The notes under the pieces are model-generated. The model did no database searches. It saw nothing but the letters and a program-made list of their open reading frames with translations, and was not told where the DNA came from. Below are positions 62,165 to 64,000 of a DNA stretch of 64,000 nt, piece after piece. Origin of the DNA: Octopus bimaculoides (taxonomy: Eukaryota); contig NC_068987.1 in assembly GCF_001194135.2 (NCBI RefSeq), positions 92,674,588-92,738,587 on the forward strand, in the 5' to 3' direction. The position numbers and the translations under genes are program-made. Every line of letters starts with the position of its first letter. Position 1 is the stretch's first letter.

Positions 62165-63330
62165 TACGGTGCATCGCATGGATAACTCAAAGCTAGGACA
62201 GAAAGAATATAAGCGGAAATCAACAAACTTGTTGACATACTTATTGTAGCGGTCCTTCAGTTTTTCTTTGAACCATGTAGAAGAACTCGAAAGGCTGGGC
62301 CTACAGCCAGGCCTCTGTAGCAGCGATCACTTCCGAATAGTTGGAGTGGGACAACACAGAAGTGTAAGATGAGTGATCTTCCAATTCGAAGCCAAAGCCG
62401 CAATTTTTTCCATCGTTTCATGTGCAGTGTTTGCTAGTTCATCATCCTACAACAGCAGGTCACCACAGCTCATCTTTCAACGGCGTTTCTACCTCAAGGC
62501 TTCATGCAGTTCGTCCAACAAAGGCATAGTATTCGGCATTGATTCAGCGACTCATTGGATGATATTTTCTGAGAGAATTCCATCTTTGTCCTAGAACACT
62601 GAAGTCAGAATCTTTCCAGCTAACTTCTGGGACTTGTGACGCGGCGAAACACTGTGACGCTACTCTAGTTATTCCTGCTTGGCCTGGGGACCATACTAAT
62701 TAAGCCGAGTTTCGTTCATGCTGACAAAGTCATAAAATCAGCTTCTCCCACTGCAAACCGATGCAAAATCCCCTTTCATGTCGTCACTCTGAGGTGTTTC
62801 TGATCTGCGAAAAGCTTTCTCATGTCGAGAATGTTGTGGATGATGTGGCCAAGTCTTTTGCGGAAAATCGCCAGTGTCTCAGCTATGAATTTATATGAAT
62901 TCGATGGTCCTTGAGAATCAAGACGTGCGTAGCATCAGCTTTGTCGTGTAGGTCACGGAATTTGGACGTCCTGGGTGGAGTTCATCTTTAACATGAAAAT
63001 ACCCAGTCCGAAATTCTGACACCCAGAATTTCATTGTGGAATAAGATGGGCAGCAATCCTTCAAGACTTCCTTTATCTCACCATGGATTTGGTCCTTTGC
63101 CTTGTAAAAAGAATATGTCCATAAATATCCGTGTTTCAATTATACGAAAATCTACAGTAGGAGATTGCCATCATGCGTTAAATCAACAAAATAGAGGAAG
63201 ATATATGGTATACCATCACAAAGTTTTGCATATCTTCTCCAAACTAGCTGTCCTACCACCACTGTAAAAGGAACAGCTGTACCTTTTCGCAAAACCAGGT
63301 AATTTTCAGCTTCCTGTCGCATACATCTAC
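62165..63330 (-). mobile_element. Old mariner-like transposon, near full length, heavily decayed
   Basis: IHGEIKEVLKDCCPSYSTMKFWVSEFRTGYFHVKDELHPGRPNSV (HTH), HIIHNILDMRKL, MNETRL, AGKILTSVF*DKDGI and INAEYY. TA-cggtgcatcgc at 62165; the right boundary is approximate. Confidence 0.85.
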
Positions 63331-63425
<95 letters not shown>

Positions 63426-63690
63426 TGTCTGTGTATGCCTATATGCATACATATCAATGTATATATAGAGAAAAATAAGGCAGAGCTAGGTAGATAGACT
63501 GATCTATTTAATAGTTGATTGTTCAATGCAGCTACGTTATTAATTACTGAATGGAAACGGCTTCTCTAGAATGTCTCGTGTAAATTTTATTTGTAAAACT
63601 AACTTGCTTGCTTATTATTCTTTTCACTTCTCTCTTTAAATACTCAATAAGAAAATGTGGTGGAGTGGCAAAACTGAATATTACTGTGAT

Positions 63691-63792
63691 ATACCTATTC
63701 AACTTCATTATTGGCCGTTTTGCTCTGCTGGGTATTAACCCGAAGATGTGACCGGCAATAGCGTGCTGCTGTCCCGGCTCATACAATTCATA
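63691..63792 (-). CDS. Weak candidate exon (YELYEPGQQHAIAGHIFGLIPSRAKRPIMKLNR)
   Basis: Protein-like open frame with an AG|GTATAT donor, but only AAG-type acceptors upstream; coordinates approximate. Confidence 0.2.
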
Positions 63793-63824
63793 CTTGCAGA
63801 GATACTTTCAAGCATATAAACCAT

Positions 63825-64000
63825 CTCTCTCTGTCAGTCTATCTCTCTCTCTCTATCTATCTATCTCTCTCTCTCTATCTATCTATCTCTCTCTATCTAT
63901 CTATCTATCTCTCTCTCTCTCTCTCTATGTTCTCTCTCTTTCTTTCTCTTTCTTTCTCTTTCTCTCACTTTCTCTCTCTGTCTATATATATATATATATA
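63825..64000. repeat. Mixed (CT)n/(CTAT)n/(CTTT)n/(TA)n tract
   Basis: Direct reading. Confidence 0.93.

Overview
AT-rich, repeat-dense animal genomic DNA from a gapped short-read assembly (about 21 N-gaps, most abutting (TA)n or other microsatellites). The SINE, microsatellite and transposon mix looks like a coleoid cephalopod, probably Octopus; this is inferred from repeat style, not database-checked. There is no complete intact gene, rRNA, true tRNA or CRISPR array. The window is mostly intronic/intergenic and holds: (i) five decayed Tc1/mariner elements, including a convergent pair at 32.8-35.6 kb and a fold-back derivative at 61.2-62.0 kb whose right end is an inverted copy of its own 5' end; (ii) a clean non-autonomous DNA transposon at 25739-26385 with 28-bp TIRs, an 8-bp TSD and an internal TTAGGG tract; (iii) at least three tRNA-derived SINE families in over 20 copies; (iv) LINE relics (CCHC-knuckle ORF1, R4/Dong-type endonuclease region, RTE tail); (v) Penelope-like relics with two degenerate minimal hammerhead ribozyme motifs; (vi) a Helitron-type 3' end; (vii) several isolated splice-bounded open frames that may be exons of long-intron host genes; and (viii) a 687-nt reading frame at 1790-2476 (-) broken only by one TAG and one TGA. 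I found no clear novel multi-gene system. The most interesting items are transposon-architecture oddities and unidentified candidate exons.
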